Source: Waddliaceae bacterium
GTDB taxonomy: Bacteria > Chlamydiota > Chlamydiia > Chlamydiales > SLOH01
DNA length: 64,000 bases
Assembly: GCA_040880105.1 (NCBI GenBank)
Contig: JBBDJA010000014.1
Location: forward strand, 50,624-114,623
Direction of reading: 5' to 3'
Both the position numbers and the translations under genes were made by a program. Below, piece by piece: positions 43,214 through 52,911 of the stretch (position 1 is the first letter of the stretch; the number at the start of each line of letters is the position of its first letter). The notes under the pieces were generated by a model that did not search any database, was not told the origin of the DNA, and saw only the letters and a program-made list of their open reading frames with translations.

Positions 43214-43891
43214 ATGGAATGGATCAAGCAATTTCAACTCTTTCTCTTTGATTTCGATGGGCTTCTAGTGAATACCGAGGAGCTGCACTTCAAAGCGTAC
43301 CAAAAAATGTGCCAAGATCGCGGGTTTACTCTTGATTGGAGTTTCAAGCGGTACTGTTTATCAGCTCATTATGATACAGCCACCCTTAGGCGCGCCATTT
43401 TTGACTCTTTGCCGGAACTGGAAGCGCAAGAGTCAGACTGGAATGTTCTCTACCCGGAAAAAAAGCATGCCTACCTAGAGCTATTGCAGTCAGCTGAAGT
43501 GACGTTGATGCCAGGTGTGGAAGATTTGCTCAAGGCGCTTGAGCAAGCGGGGATTCCCTCGTGTGTCGTGACGCACTCCAGTCGCTCTCTTGTCCGTCCG
43601 CTACAAGAGAGGTTTGAAGTATTGCAAACAATCAAGCACTGGATCACAAGAAAAGATTATGGCCGCGCTAAACCGGATCCCTCATGCTACCAAACAGCAA
43701 AGGAGCGACTGGCTAAAAGCTCCGATCGACTCATTGGCTTTGAAGATACCCCAAGAGGGATGAACGCCTTGCTTGGGATTGATGCGACACCTGTATTAGT
43801 CACCAAAGTGGAGTATCCGGAAATCTCTCAATTTAAAGAGAGGGGAGTCAACTGTTACGAGTCAATATCGAAAATTAGTTCGCTCGGGTAG
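43214..43891 (+). CDS. HAD-superfamily hydrolase, subfamily IA (beta-phosphoglucomutase/phosphatase-like)
   Basis: Motif I FLFDFDGLLVNTE, motif II VVTHSS, KPDP, and a terminal GFEDTPRG region. Confidence 0.8.
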   Translation: MEWIKQFQLFLFDFDGLLVNTEELHFKAYQKMCQDRGFTLDWSFKRYCLSAHYDTATLRRAIFDSLPELEAQESDWNVLYPEKKHAYLELLQSAEVTLMPGVEDLLKALEQAGIPSCVVTHSSRSLVRPLQERFEVLQTIKHWITRKDYGRAKPDPSCYQTAKERLAKSSDRLIGFEDTPRGMNALLGIDATPVLVTKVEYPEISQFKERGVNCYESISKISSLG

Positions 43892-44619
43892 TCGACGTGC
43901 ATTAAAAAAAGGCCTCGGGCAGGAGCGGGAAGTCCAATGGCTCTGCGATCTTTTTTTTCCAATAATGCAGGAATTGAATCAACCTCTAATTTCCCCTTTC
44001 CAATTTCAAAAAGAACCCCGCAGATGTTTCTGACCATCTTGTAGAGAAATCCCGGCCCTTCAAACTCTAGGCGGTATCCACCTTCTTGAGGGATGATATC
44101 GAGGCGGTCGATTGAACGTATGGGATTGCGCTTATTTCCACCGGAGACATTTGAAAAAGTTGTGAAATCATGCGTCCCAAGAAATAGCTTTGCTCCCTCT
44201 CGCATTTTCTCAATGTCGATCGGTGCCAGAAGCTGGTAGCTGTACAGTCGTCGAAAAGGGCTTGACACTTGCTCGGTCCACAGGTGGTAGTGGTAGATTT
44301 TCTTTCTCGCGCTGAAACGCGCCTCAAAATCAGGAGAGACGCGGCTGACTTGAAGAATGCGAATGTCGTGCGGCAACAAGCTGTTGAGTGAGCGCTTTAA
44401 CGTGAGGAGATCAAACTCTCGATCTAACTCAAAATGCGCAACTTGTCCCAATGCGTGGACGCCCGCATCTGTACGCCCGGAGCCCTTGAGGTGAATTGGC
44501 TGCCGAAGAAATTTTTCCATTTGGGTTTGTAACACCTCTTGAATGGTAACAGCATTGGGTTGAACCTGCCAGCCGCTATAGGCGGTTCCGTCATAGGTGA
44601 TTTTAAGAATGTATTTCAT
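43855..44619 (-). CDS. truA: tRNA pseudouridine(38-40) synthase
   Basis: KGSGRTDAGVHALGQVAHF catalytic Asp motif. 254 aa. Confidence 0.93.
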   Translation of the reverse strand: MKYILKITYDGTAYSGWQVQPNAVTIQEVLQTQMEKFLRQPIHLKGSGRTDAGVHALGQVAHFELDREFDLLTLKRSLNSLLPHDIRILQVSRVSPDFEARFSARKKIYHYHLWTEQVSSPFRRLYSYQLLAPIDIEKMREGAKLFLGTHDFTTFSNVSGGNKRNPIRSIDRLDIIPQEGGYRLEFEGPGFLYKMVRNICGVLFEIGKGKLEVDSIPALLEKKDRRAIGLPAPARGLFLMHVDYPSELIFDIDS

Positions 44620-45262
44620 TTAAGAATGTCTCTGCAATTATTAGATCTTCAGGAACTGTCACTTTCAAGTTCATCCTAGAGCCCTCCACGATTTTGACAG
44701 GGAGATTCAGCGCTTCGACAATACTGACATCATCTGTGACTGCTACTTCCCTCTCTTCAATAAATTTGAGTCCTTTTCTTAAGAGAGGTTCCCGAATCAC
44801 TTGAGGGGTTTGGATTTCCCAAAGTTGGCTGCGGTTTGGGGTGGAGACAACGTGTTGACTTTCGTTTATTTCTTTTACTGTGAACCTGATAGGAACGCCA
44901 AGAGCAGCAGCTCCCGTTTCACTGCAGGCCTTAATGCAATTTCGCACATCTTCTTTTGACACAAGCGGCCGCGCGCTATCGTGGATGAGGCAAAACAAAG
45001 GGCTGCTTTTTAGAGCATAAAATCCATTTGCCATTGAATCTTGGCGTCTTTTGCCCGGTCTTGCAAAGGTGGCGCCCGGAAATAGAGGTTCGTACTCTTT
45101 TTGGCAAACCACAACAATTTCATAAATTTCATCCATTTCTCTGAAAAGATCAAAGCTATGTTGAGCGATCGGCTTTCCTTTGAGCGTTAAGTACTGCTTT
45201 GGAGATGCACTTTCCATACGAGTGCCAAAACCACCGGCTAGTAAAATGGCTGCAGTGCGCAT
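44603..45262 (-). CDS. ispD: 2-C-methyl-D-erythritol 4-phosphate cytidylyltransferase
   Basis: AAILLAGGFGTRM N-terminal nucleotide-binding motif, IHDSARPLV. 219 aa. Confidence 0.9.
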   Translation of the reverse strand: MRTAAILLAGGFGTRMESASPKQYLTLKGKPIAQHSFDLFREMDEIYEIVVVCQKEYEPLFPGATFARPGKRRQDSMANGFYALKSSPLFCLIHDSARPLVSKEDVRNCIKACSETGAAALGVPIRFTVKEINESQHVVSTPNRSQLWEIQTPQVIREPLLRKGLKFIEEREVAVTDDVSIVEALNLPVKIVEGSRMNLKVTVPEDLIIAETFLNEIHS

Positions 45263-45344
45263 TTATTCCCTTTTTTTCACTCTATTTTGTATGAAAAATT
45301 AGAAAAATGCAAGCATACAAGCTTTAGTCTATGTGACTTGGATT

Positions 45345-46286
45345 TTATTCGGATTTTAAAGTTAATACCATCATTTCGGGAGGAGAAAACCACCGAAAAG
45401 GCATAGTGCTCCCAAGGCCGCGGTTGATATAGACCCATTTATCGTTAATGGTGTGTATGCCCCTTGTCCATTTAGGATGCTCTTGAAGCATCAGGCGATG
45501 ACGGATAAAGGGAAGGTTGACTTGGGCTCCATGCGTGTGGCCGCACAAAACTACATCCCCCGGCATTTTGCTAACAGCGGGTAAAGAGTCCGGATTGTGG
45601 CAAAGAATAATTCCGGGAAGATTTGGATTATAGTTTTGAAGCGCTTTTTTTGTGTCGCATTGACCCGTCATGTGCTCGCCTAAACCGCAAATATTGATCA
45701 ATTGATTGATCGGAAAGGTTTCATTATTTAACAGTTTGACATTGGAATTTTCGATCAATTCAAGAAGTTTTGGATGAGGTTTTAGATCCTTAAGTTCACA
45801 AGCGACTTTTCCAGTTGGTTTTATAGGGGATAGGAGCCTTTGAAAGCCTGAGATGATTTCTGAGTTTTCTTGATTGGCGAGAGTATAACTACCATCTTCG
45901 CTAAGCGCGATGCGCTTTTCGTAATCGTGGTTTCCGAGGACAGCAAAACTGCCAAGGGGGGCATTTAGCTCTTTTAAAAATTGACCTATTCTTTTCTCAT
46001 CTTGCATCTCTCCATAACAAAGAAAATCTCCGCAGAAAACAATAATATCGGGCTTAATTGCGTGTAAATGACGATAGATTTTTTTTAGAAATGCATCTGA
46101 GACCTGCGTGTGAAGGTGAATGTCGCTTATTTGGACAATTTTCAGATCAGGGAAGCGAGGAGAAGTAAGCGTGTGCCGATTGATATAGAGAAGTTCCGGT
46201 TCAATAAATCGGGGCCAAATCCCGACAATTGAGGCCATGCACCATAGATCCCAGAATTGATTACTAATATATTTTTTGTAAGACAT
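45345..46286 (-). CDS. Calcineurin-like metallophosphoesterase
   Basis: Ordered motifs QISDIHL, CGDF, GNHD, and CGHTHG. Confidence 0.85.
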   Translation of the reverse strand: MSYKKYISNQFWDLWCMASIVGIWPRFIEPELLYINRHTLTSPRFPDLKIVQISDIHLHTQVSDAFLKKIYRHLHAIKPDIIVFCGDFLCYGEMQDEKRIGQFLKELNAPLGSFAVLGNHDYEKRIALSEDGSYTLANQENSEIISGFQRLLSPIKPTGKVACELKDLKPHPKLLELIENSNVKLLNNETFPINQLINICGLGEHMTGQCDTKKALQNYNPNLPGIILCHNPDSLPAVSKMPGDVVLCGHTHGAQVNLPFIRHRLMLQEHPKWTRGIHTINDKWVYINRGLGSTMPFRWFSPPEMMVLTLKSE

Positions 46287-46376
46287 CTAGCAAAGTAGGT
46301 GATTGTAAAGCTGAAAAAAACCGACAATTTGGAGGAAAAGGCCTAGAAAAAGTCAAAAACCCTCTAGGCCAGAAAA

Positions 46377-46643
46377 TTACTCAGAAAGATGTTTAGAGAC
46401 TTTTGAAGTCATCTTAAACATATCAATAGGCTCGTTGCCTAAGATAGGGGACAATTGACTATCCGGATTAATATTTCTGCGGTTTTTCTCATCTTGGAGC
46501 TTATTCTTTTTGATGTAGTCCCAAAGACGTTTTGTGACTTCAGTACGAGCCAAAGGCCCTTTTCCCACAACTTTAGCTAATTCTTCGCTAACATTTACAG
46601 GCTTGCTAAACGCTTGCGGTTTCTTTCTTTTTGTAGTTGTCAT
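46377..46643 (-). CDS. SWIB/MDM2 domain protein
   Basis: 88 aa. PVNVSEELAKVVGKGPLARTEVTKRLWDYIKKNKLQDEKNRRNINPD is the canonical SWIB pattern. Confidence 0.88.
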   Translation of the reverse strand: MTTTKRKKPQAFSKPVNVSEELAKVVGKGPLARTEVTKRLWDYIKKNKLQDEKNRRNINPDSQLSPILGNEPIDMFKMTSKVSKHLSE

Positions 46644-46785
46644 CTTTTTCTCCTTATACAGAATATTTCTATCAGCTACTTGTTTTACCCTTCACACCTT
46701 TTAATAGTCAAAGCAATTTGGTCTCTTGTGGTAAATTTTCCTTACTGGCAAGGTATTTTCAATCTAACTAGGGCACCTAAGAGAG

Positions 46786-48729
46786 ATGATGAACGCATTT
46801 GAAAAGATAAAAGAGATTCATGAAAAGCTGATAAAGTTAGAGACGCTAGAAGAGAGAATTTCGTGCTTAGATGCACGTGTGAAGGTGCAGGATGCGTCTT
46901 TAAAGGAATGGATGAAGACAGCGTCCGATACTTCGATCTATGCAGTTCTTTCGATACTCGCCCTTGGAGAAGAATCGTTTTTATTAAAACCCCCGCTTGA
47001 AGAGAGAATTAAGACGGTTGAGACACTTGAGAGGTTTTATCATTCGATCGGCGGTGTGATGGGTTATCACTTTGAGTTTGTAAAACGCCTTGAAAAGGCA
47101 AGTGCGCCATCAAAAGAAGAGTACTTTGAGCCCCCGGGATTTGATTTTCAAAATGAGAATCCCAAGGATATTCGCGCAGGTCTTGAGCAGCTTAACCAGT
47201 ATGCAGAAATATTTCCTGTCGGAGGCGCGGGAGACCGCCTTGGGCTTGTATGTGAGAAAACAGGTAAGCCAAAACCGGCCGCTTGCTTGCTATTTTTAGG
47301 AAAATCACTTTTAGAAGGGCTCATTCGCGACCTCCAGGGAAGGGAGTATCTCTATTCGAAATTAACAGGAAATAAAATTACAGTTCCTGTTGTCATGATG
47401 ACCTCAAAAGAAAAAGATAATTCTGCTGAAATTCTTCGCTTGTGTGAGGAAAATCATTGGTTTGGGCGGTTAAAAACAGATTTTTATTTCTTTGAGCAAC
47501 CCTTAGTTCCCGTTTTGACAGAAGAGGGGCACTGGACGACGATGCTTAAACCTGGAGGGCACGGTGTATTGTGGAAAGCAGCGCAGGATTCAGGCGCTTT
47601 CAAGTGGTTAATTTCTATGGGTAAGACAAAAGCAATTGTCCGTCAAATTAACAACCCCCTTGCCTCCCTTGACCACACCTTTTTATCACTTCTCGGTATC
47701 GGGGCGACCCAAAGAAAGATATTTGGCTTTGTCTCTTGCCCAAGACTTTTAAAGACAGCAGAAGGCGTTCTTGTACTCGCTAAGAACGAAAAGGGATTTC
47801 GCATTTCGAATATTGAATATACTCAGTTCAATCAAGAGGGGATTGAAGACACTCCGGAAAAGGAGGGGAGTCCATACAGCCGGTTTCCTTCAAATACAAA
47901 TATTTTATACGTCGACCTTGAGGAGATTCAGCCGCTTATCGAAAGTGACCCTTTCCCGGGTCTTGTGATTAATTTAAAAAAAGAAGCCGTAGTCGATGGA
48001 AAGAAAGTGAAGGTCGGTAGGTTGGAATCTAGTATGCAAAACTTATCAGACGCCATTATCTCGAGAAAAAGAGAAGAGTTGAAAAGTTTTGTTGCCTACA
48101 GCCCAAGAGAAAAGACTCTCTCTGTAACAAAATCGCTGCCTATTCCCGGGCACTCACTCATTGAAACTCCGGAAGGCGCCTATCTTGATTTGCAGCGATA
48201 TTATGCTAATGTGCTTTCTCTTCCCGAAGAGCGGTATCATATCATTCTTCACCCGGCAATTGGACCTTTAGACAGTGTAATCAAACAAAAAATTCAAAAA
48301 TTGTCTTTATCTCCCGGAACGGAGGTGGAACTTGAGTTGGCAGAAATTTCTCTTGAAGGTCTCGCGGTCAACGGCTCCTTTCGTGTGATCGCAAAAAACC
48401 CATTAGGTCATTCGGTATGCCACATAAAAAATGTGACAATTGAAAATCAAGGCATTGAATCGACAAATTCGACCCTTCTTTGGAAACATCGGCCTGTGCG
48501 CCTTGAAAGTTTAACAATTACCTTGGGGGATGGCAGCGAATTTTTTGCGGAAAATGTGACTTTTAGGGGCAATATTTCTATTTCTGTTCCGGCAGGCAGT
48601 AGGTTGACTGCCTATGAAATTGACGGTAAACTTCTCTATCGAGAAGAAAAGATGACCACACCTTCTTGGAGGTGGGAGTACAGTTATGACAGCGAGAATC
48701 GAATAAAGTTAATAAAAAATTTGTCATGA
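46786..48729 (+). CDS. UDPGP-family (UTP-sugar-1-phosphate uridylyltransferase-like) protein
   Basis: FPVGGAGDRLGL resembles the L(A/N)GGxG(T/S)(R/S)(L/M)G nucleotide loop. KPGGHG resembles the P.GnG motif. 647 aa, eukaryote-like length. Confidence 0.55.
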   Translation: MMNAFEKIKEIHEKLIKLETLEERISCLDARVKVQDASLKEWMKTASDTSIYAVLSILALGEESFLLKPPLEERIKTVETLERFYHSIGGVMGYHFEFVKRLEKASAPSKEEYFEPPGFDFQNENPKDIRAGLEQLNQYAEIFPVGGAGDRLGLVCEKTGKPKPAACLLFLGKSLLEGLIRDLQGREYLYSKLTGNKITVPVVMMTSKEKDNSAEILRLCEENHWFGRLKTDFYFFEQPLVPVLTEEGHWTTMLKPGGHGVLWKAAQDSGAFKWLISMGKTKAIVRQINNPLASLDHTFLSLLGIGATQRKIFGFVSCPRLLKTAEGVLVLAKNEKGFRISNIEYTQFNQEGIEDTPEKEGSPYSRFPSNTNILYVDLEEIQPLIESDPFPGLVINLKKEAVVDGKKVKVGRLESSMQNLSDAIISRKREELKSFVAYSPREKTLSVTKSLPIPGHSLIETPEGAYLDLQRYYANVLSLPEERYHIILHPAIGPLDSVIKQKIQKLSLSPGTEVELELAEISLEGLAVNGSFRVIAKNPLGHSVCHIKNVTIENQGIESTNSTLLWKHRPVRLESLTITLGDGSEFFAENVTFRGNISISVPAGSRLTAYEIDGKLLYREEKMTTPSWRWEYSYDSENRIKLIKNLS

Positions 48730-48783
48730 CTTTTAAGTATAATTTCTGTAAAATCCTTATATTATCATTCTAAAGGATTAAGT

Positions 48784-49882
48784 ATGAACGAAGAGCTGCA
48801 GGAAAGAGTAAAGAGCCTCGATGCGCGTATTCTTCATATGTGGAGGTATCTTTGACCTGGCTAATAAAGAGTCTAAGGTTAAAGAGCTTGAGAAGCAGAT
48901 GGAAGAACCGGAATTCTGGACGGATTCTGATGCTGCGCAAAAAGTAATCGCCACATGCAATGAATTAAAGAATTGGACCGTGCCTTACTACGAGCTAAAG
49001 AATCGATTCAGTGATTTACAAGCTCTTTTGCCGGAAGCATTTGAAATCGAAGATGAAGAGTTACAATCCGAGCTTCTTCGGGAATTAAAAGATGTAGAGC
49101 AAGGAGTCTCCGACCTAGAAGTGAAAAAAATGCTTGCGGGGGAACTCGACCCGAAAAGCTGTTTTTTAAGCATCAATGCGGGGGCCGGCGGAACAGAGGC
49201 GTGTGATTGGGTCCAGATGCTTGCTCGTATGTACGAAAGGTGGGCTGTAAGAAAGAAATGGAAAGTCGATGTGATCGATAAGGTCGATGGCGAGGTAGCT
49301 GGAATTAAAAGCATTACCTTAAAATTTTCCGGTGATTTTGCCTTTGGGTACTCCAAAGCGGAGAGGGGGGTTCATCGCCTTGTTCGCATTTCACCATTTG
49401 ATAGCGGGGCGAGGCGACATACAAGTTTTGCATCCGTTGATGTCATTCCTGAAATTACTGACGATATTGAAGTGGATATCAAGCCCGATGAAATTCGCGT
49501 AGATACCTTCAGAGCGTCAGGTGCAGGGGGGCAGCATATCAATACCACCGATTCTGCCGTGAGGATGACCCACATGCCCACAGGAGTTGTTGTCTCGTGT
49601 CAATCCGAGCGAAGTCAAACGCAAAACCGTATGACATGTATGTCGATGCTGCGGTCTCGACTGTATGAATTAGAGGTAATGGAGCGTGAAAAAGCGTTAA
49701 AAGAGCAGGTGGGAAGCGAGAAGAAAGAAATTGCGTGGGGAAGTCAGATCCGCAACTACGTCTTTCAACCCTATACACTTGTGAAAGACACAAGAACGAA
49801 AGTACAGTCAACAGACATTAATGGTGTGATGGATGGAGATATCGATCCCTTTGTCAACGCATACCTCAAAGAGGAGGGGTAA
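48784..49882 (+). CDS. prfB: Peptide chain release factor 2 (requires programmed +1 frameshift at 48853)
   Basis: Frame 0 reads MNEELQERVKSLDARILHMWRYL then TGA. The +1 frame continues DLANKESKVKELE... and carries SPF and GGQ (RASGAGGQHINTTDSAV). Confidence 0.95.
48842..48856 (+). promoter_or_regulatory. RF2 autoregulatory +1 frameshift signal
   Basis: GGAGG TAT CTT TGA C: an internal Shine-Dalgarno-like element 3 nt before the slippery CTT, followed by an in-frame TGA and then C. Confidence 0.9.
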
Positions 49883-49884
49883 AG

Positions 49885-50394
49885 ATGGTGAAACAGCCGG
49901 AAAATTCGGATTATAACGTTCGTTATACAGACACTAGCGATGCTGAACATTTGAAAGAATGGTTGTTAGATCCTTCTGTAAAGAAATGGTTTCCGATGAT
50001 GGACGAGCCGGAAATTATCGATTCGGTCAAACGTTGGATTTACTTCTCTAGATATAAATGTAGTCTTACAATTACAAAAAATGGGGTTCCATGTGGAATT
50101 GCGACTCTTTACTTACAGCCATACCGAAAGCTGGCGCATCAATGTGAATTTGGAATCATTATTGGCGGTGACTACCGAAATCAGGGTGTTGGATCCGAAC
50201 TTTTAAACTCACTGATCCATTTAGCTAAAACCTTCTTTAAAATTGAACTTTTACACCTCCAAGTTTATGCGGAAAACCCGGCAATTCGCCTGTATGAACG
50301 CTTTGGGTTTAAAGAGTTTGGCCGTCAGACGGGCTGGATTAAAGAAGAGGATGGCTCTTTCACCGCAAGAATCTTTATGGAAAAATATTTATAA
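49885..50394 (+). CDS. GNAT-family N-acetyltransferase
   Basis: The acetyl-CoA loop RNQGVGSELL sits in a beta-strand/helix context. 169 aa. Confidence 0.8.
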   Translation: MVKQPENSDYNVRYTDTSDAEHLKEWLLDPSVKKWFPMMDEPEIIDSVKRWIYFSRYKCSLTITKNGVPCGIATLYLQPYRKLAHQCEFGIIIGGDYRNQGVGSELLNSLIHLAKTFFKIELLHLQVYAENPAIRLYERFGFKEFGRQTGWIKEEDGSFTARIFMEKYL

Positions 50395-50412
50395 TAACTC
50401 GGAGAGATACTC

Positions 50413-51084
50413 ATGACGATCGGCAGTCAATTGCAGGAAGTTTTAGAACAGCACGCAAATACTCGCATTAAACTGAGAATCAACGATAATCACTCTACAG
50501 TTTTGAGTGTCCGTTCATATCCCGATCACCTCTCTGTTTCGCTTCATCGTTTATTCCTCACAGCTCCGGCAAATATACTTTTAGATTTGGCCGCATATAT
50601 TAGCGGGAAAATTCGAAGCCTGACTCCAAAAGTCAAAGCGTTTATGGAACGCGCAATGGAAAGCCTTGATTACTCGTCTAGGGTTAAAGGGAATGCGCTT
50701 TTGACGATCGGAATGCATCATAATTTAAAAAATTTATTCAATGAGATTAATTCTGAGTATTTTGACAATCAAGTGGTCTCAAACGTGACATGGTTCGGAC
50801 GAAAAACACGCGCCGGAGGCACGAGCGCAACCCTTGGATTATACAGTCACCCGATGAAACTGATTAAAATTCATCGGCGTTTAGATCATTCATTTGTACC
50901 CGAGTACTTTGTTTCCTATGTAATCTTTCATGAAATGCTTCACCAAGTCTGCCCAACCTATCACGATGCCTTAGGACGACATTACGTCCATACCAAAGAA
51001 TTTAAAAGACGAGAGAAGCAATTTAAATATTATGATGAAGCCACCCGGTGGTTAGATGAGAATGAACATTTAATTTTTAATTAG
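50413..51084 (+). CDS. SprT-like / DUF45-like zinc metallopeptidase-fold protein
   Basis: HExxH in YVIFHEMLHQVCP followed by H...H (HYVHTKEF). 223 aa. Confidence 0.6.
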   Translation: MTIGSQLQEVLEQHANTRIKLRINDNHSTVLSVRSYPDHLSVSLHRLFLTAPANILLDLAAYISGKIRSLTPKVKAFMERAMESLDYSSRVKGNALLTIGMHHNLKNLFNEINSEYFDNQVVSNVTWFGRKTRAGGTSATLGLYSHPMKLIKIHRRLDHSFVPEYFVSYVIFHEMLHQVCPTYHDALGRHYVHTKEFKRREKQFKYYDEATRWLDENEHLIFN

Positions 51085-51092
51085 AGGAATAG

Positions 51093-51809
51093 ATGGCCGG
51101 ACATAGTAAATGGGCAAATATTAAGCATAGAAAAGGCCGAGCAGATGCGAAAAAGGGGAAAATATTCTCACGCGCTGCAAAAGAAATTATTAGCGCAGTC
51201 AAAGAAGGAGGTCCTGATCCGAAAGGAAACCCCCGCCTGCGATTAGCAATCGATAAAGCAAAGTCATCAAATGTTCCGAATGATATTATTGATCGCAATA
51301 TCAAAAAAGCTTCATCTGCCGACCAAGCCGATTACGAAGAACTCAGCTACGAGATCTATGGTTTTGGGGGAGTTGGAATATATTTAGATATTATGACCGA
51401 CAACCGCAATCGAATCGCCTCTGAAATTCGCATTGCCATCAATAAAAAAGGCGGTACTATCGCAAATCCCGGTTCTGTGGCGTACAATTTTGACCGAATG
51501 GGAGTCATTCAAGTCTCTAAAGAGAATACTCTTGAAGACGATCTGCTTCTTGTCGCAACAGATGCGGGCGCTGAGGATTTTGATGAGACAGATGATGCCT
51601 TTGTTATTCTCACTGATCCAACCACCCTTTATCAAGTGAAAGAGGAGATCGTTAAACAGGGCTATACGTGCATGGAAGCATCTTTGGAGATGATACCAAA
51701 GGTAACCGTAGAAGTGGACAAAGAGACCGGTGAATCAAACGAGGCGCTCATAGAAAGACTTGAGGAAATTGAAGATGTCGACTCCCTTTTTCATAACATG
51801 GCAAGTTAG
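51093..51809 (+). CDS. yebC: YebC/PmpR family DNA-binding transcriptional regulator
   Basis: MAGHSKWANIKHRKGRADAKKGKIFSRAAKEI is the canonical N-terminus. Confidence 0.93.
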   Translation: MAGHSKWANIKHRKGRADAKKGKIFSRAAKEIISAVKEGGPDPKGNPRLRLAIDKAKSSNVPNDIIDRNIKKASSADQADYEELSYEIYGFGGVGIYLDIMTDNRNRIASEIRIAINKKGGTIANPGSVAYNFDRMGVIQVSKENTLEDDLLLVATDAGAEDFDETDDAFVILTDPTTLYQVKEEIVKQGYTCMEASLEMIPKVTVEVDKETGESNEALIERLEEIEDVDSLFHNMAS

Positions 51810-51945
51810 AAAAGGAACTCTTTGACCTATGTCATTTATCTATGCTATTTGCAAATAGATAATGATACCTTTAAAAATTAGAGATGATTGCTAATTATAT
51901 GCGACCATTAATTTTTAGAGATTGATCAGGAACAAGGAGATTTTA

Positions 51946-52911
51946 ATGTCATCGGTGCTTGCTGTTGCATCTGCAGCCTCTTCTTTAATGGATCACATTG
52001 AAGATTTATCGGAATCTAAAACACATCATGTGATTCATTGGAGTACCCCCCTCTATATGGGAGCTGCTGGCATCGGGCTTATCGTTGCGATTGCCGGCTT
52101 CATACTCGGTCAATATGCAGTTGCCATTATTGGCGCATTACTTGCCGGAACCAATGCGATTGCAAGTTTATATATCCATCGGTTTTATGTGCTCAATAAA
52201 CTAGAAGACTACAATCACAGTCTAATTCGCCGCAACCAAGAACAGGGAAGACAAATCGATACCCTTGAAAATAACATCGCCCAATTAATAGAGGTTAAAG
52301 AAGGTTATAATCACCTTCAAGTGCGTCATCAAGAGCTCCTAACCGAACAGAAAGAGCAAACCGAGGAGTTAACTAAAAAAGTAATCGATCTATCATCAAA
52401 ATTAATTGCTGCAAACCAAGTAATTGAAAATATTTATAACGAATTTGGAACACTCGTACATCATGTGAACTCCTTTGCTGATGAAAATGGAGTATTTCAA
52501 TCCCATCTATTAGAACTAAATGCAAGTCTTGGAAGGATAAAAGAGATAGAAGGAGATTTCAATATCGATCTGAAAGAATTCGGGCAAGAAAACGATCGCT
52601 ACAACCATCTCAATCGCATATTTCATGAATATCTTAAGGCGTGGAAAGCCACTTTAGCATATATTGAAGAGGTGGAAAAAAATGAGCGAAAGCAATTTGG
52701 AAATACAGTCGAAGCAGTCCAGAGTTTAATACCGATTATACGAAAAATGGAAGAAAATGGTGACGAACTAAGCAAGACAGCTGACCAATTCGAAGCAATC
52801 GAGTCTGATATGCAACAATTATTTTCAAATGCTCAGCAGTTTTCTCATTTTATAAAGCTTAAACAAGATCCTAGAAAATGGGAGCAGATCCAAAGAATGA
52901 TGGGGGTATAG
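51946..52911 (+). CDS. Inc-like membrane protein (bilobed hydrophobic domain + long coiled coil)
   Basis: Start moved to the ATG at 51946, behind the AAGGAGA Shine-Dalgarno. LYMGAAGIGLIVAIAGFILG-QY-AVAIIGALLAGTNAIASLYI is followed by about 230 aa of heptad-rich sequence. Confidence 0.6.
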   Translation: MSSVLAVASAASSLMDHIEDLSESKTHHVIHWSTPLYMGAAGIGLIVAIAGFILGQYAVAIIGALLAGTNAIASLYIHRFYVLNKLEDYNHSLIRRNQEQGRQIDTLENNIAQLIEVKEGYNHLQVRHQELLTEQKEQTEELTKKVIDLSSKLIAANQVIENIYNEFGTLVHHVNSFADENGVFQSHLLELNASLGRIKEIEGDFNIDLKEFGQENDRYNHLNRIFHEYLKAWKATLAYIEEVEKNERKQFGNTVEAVQSLIPIIRKMEENGDELSKTADQFEAIESDMQQLFSNAQQFSHFIKLKQDPRKWEQIQRMMGV

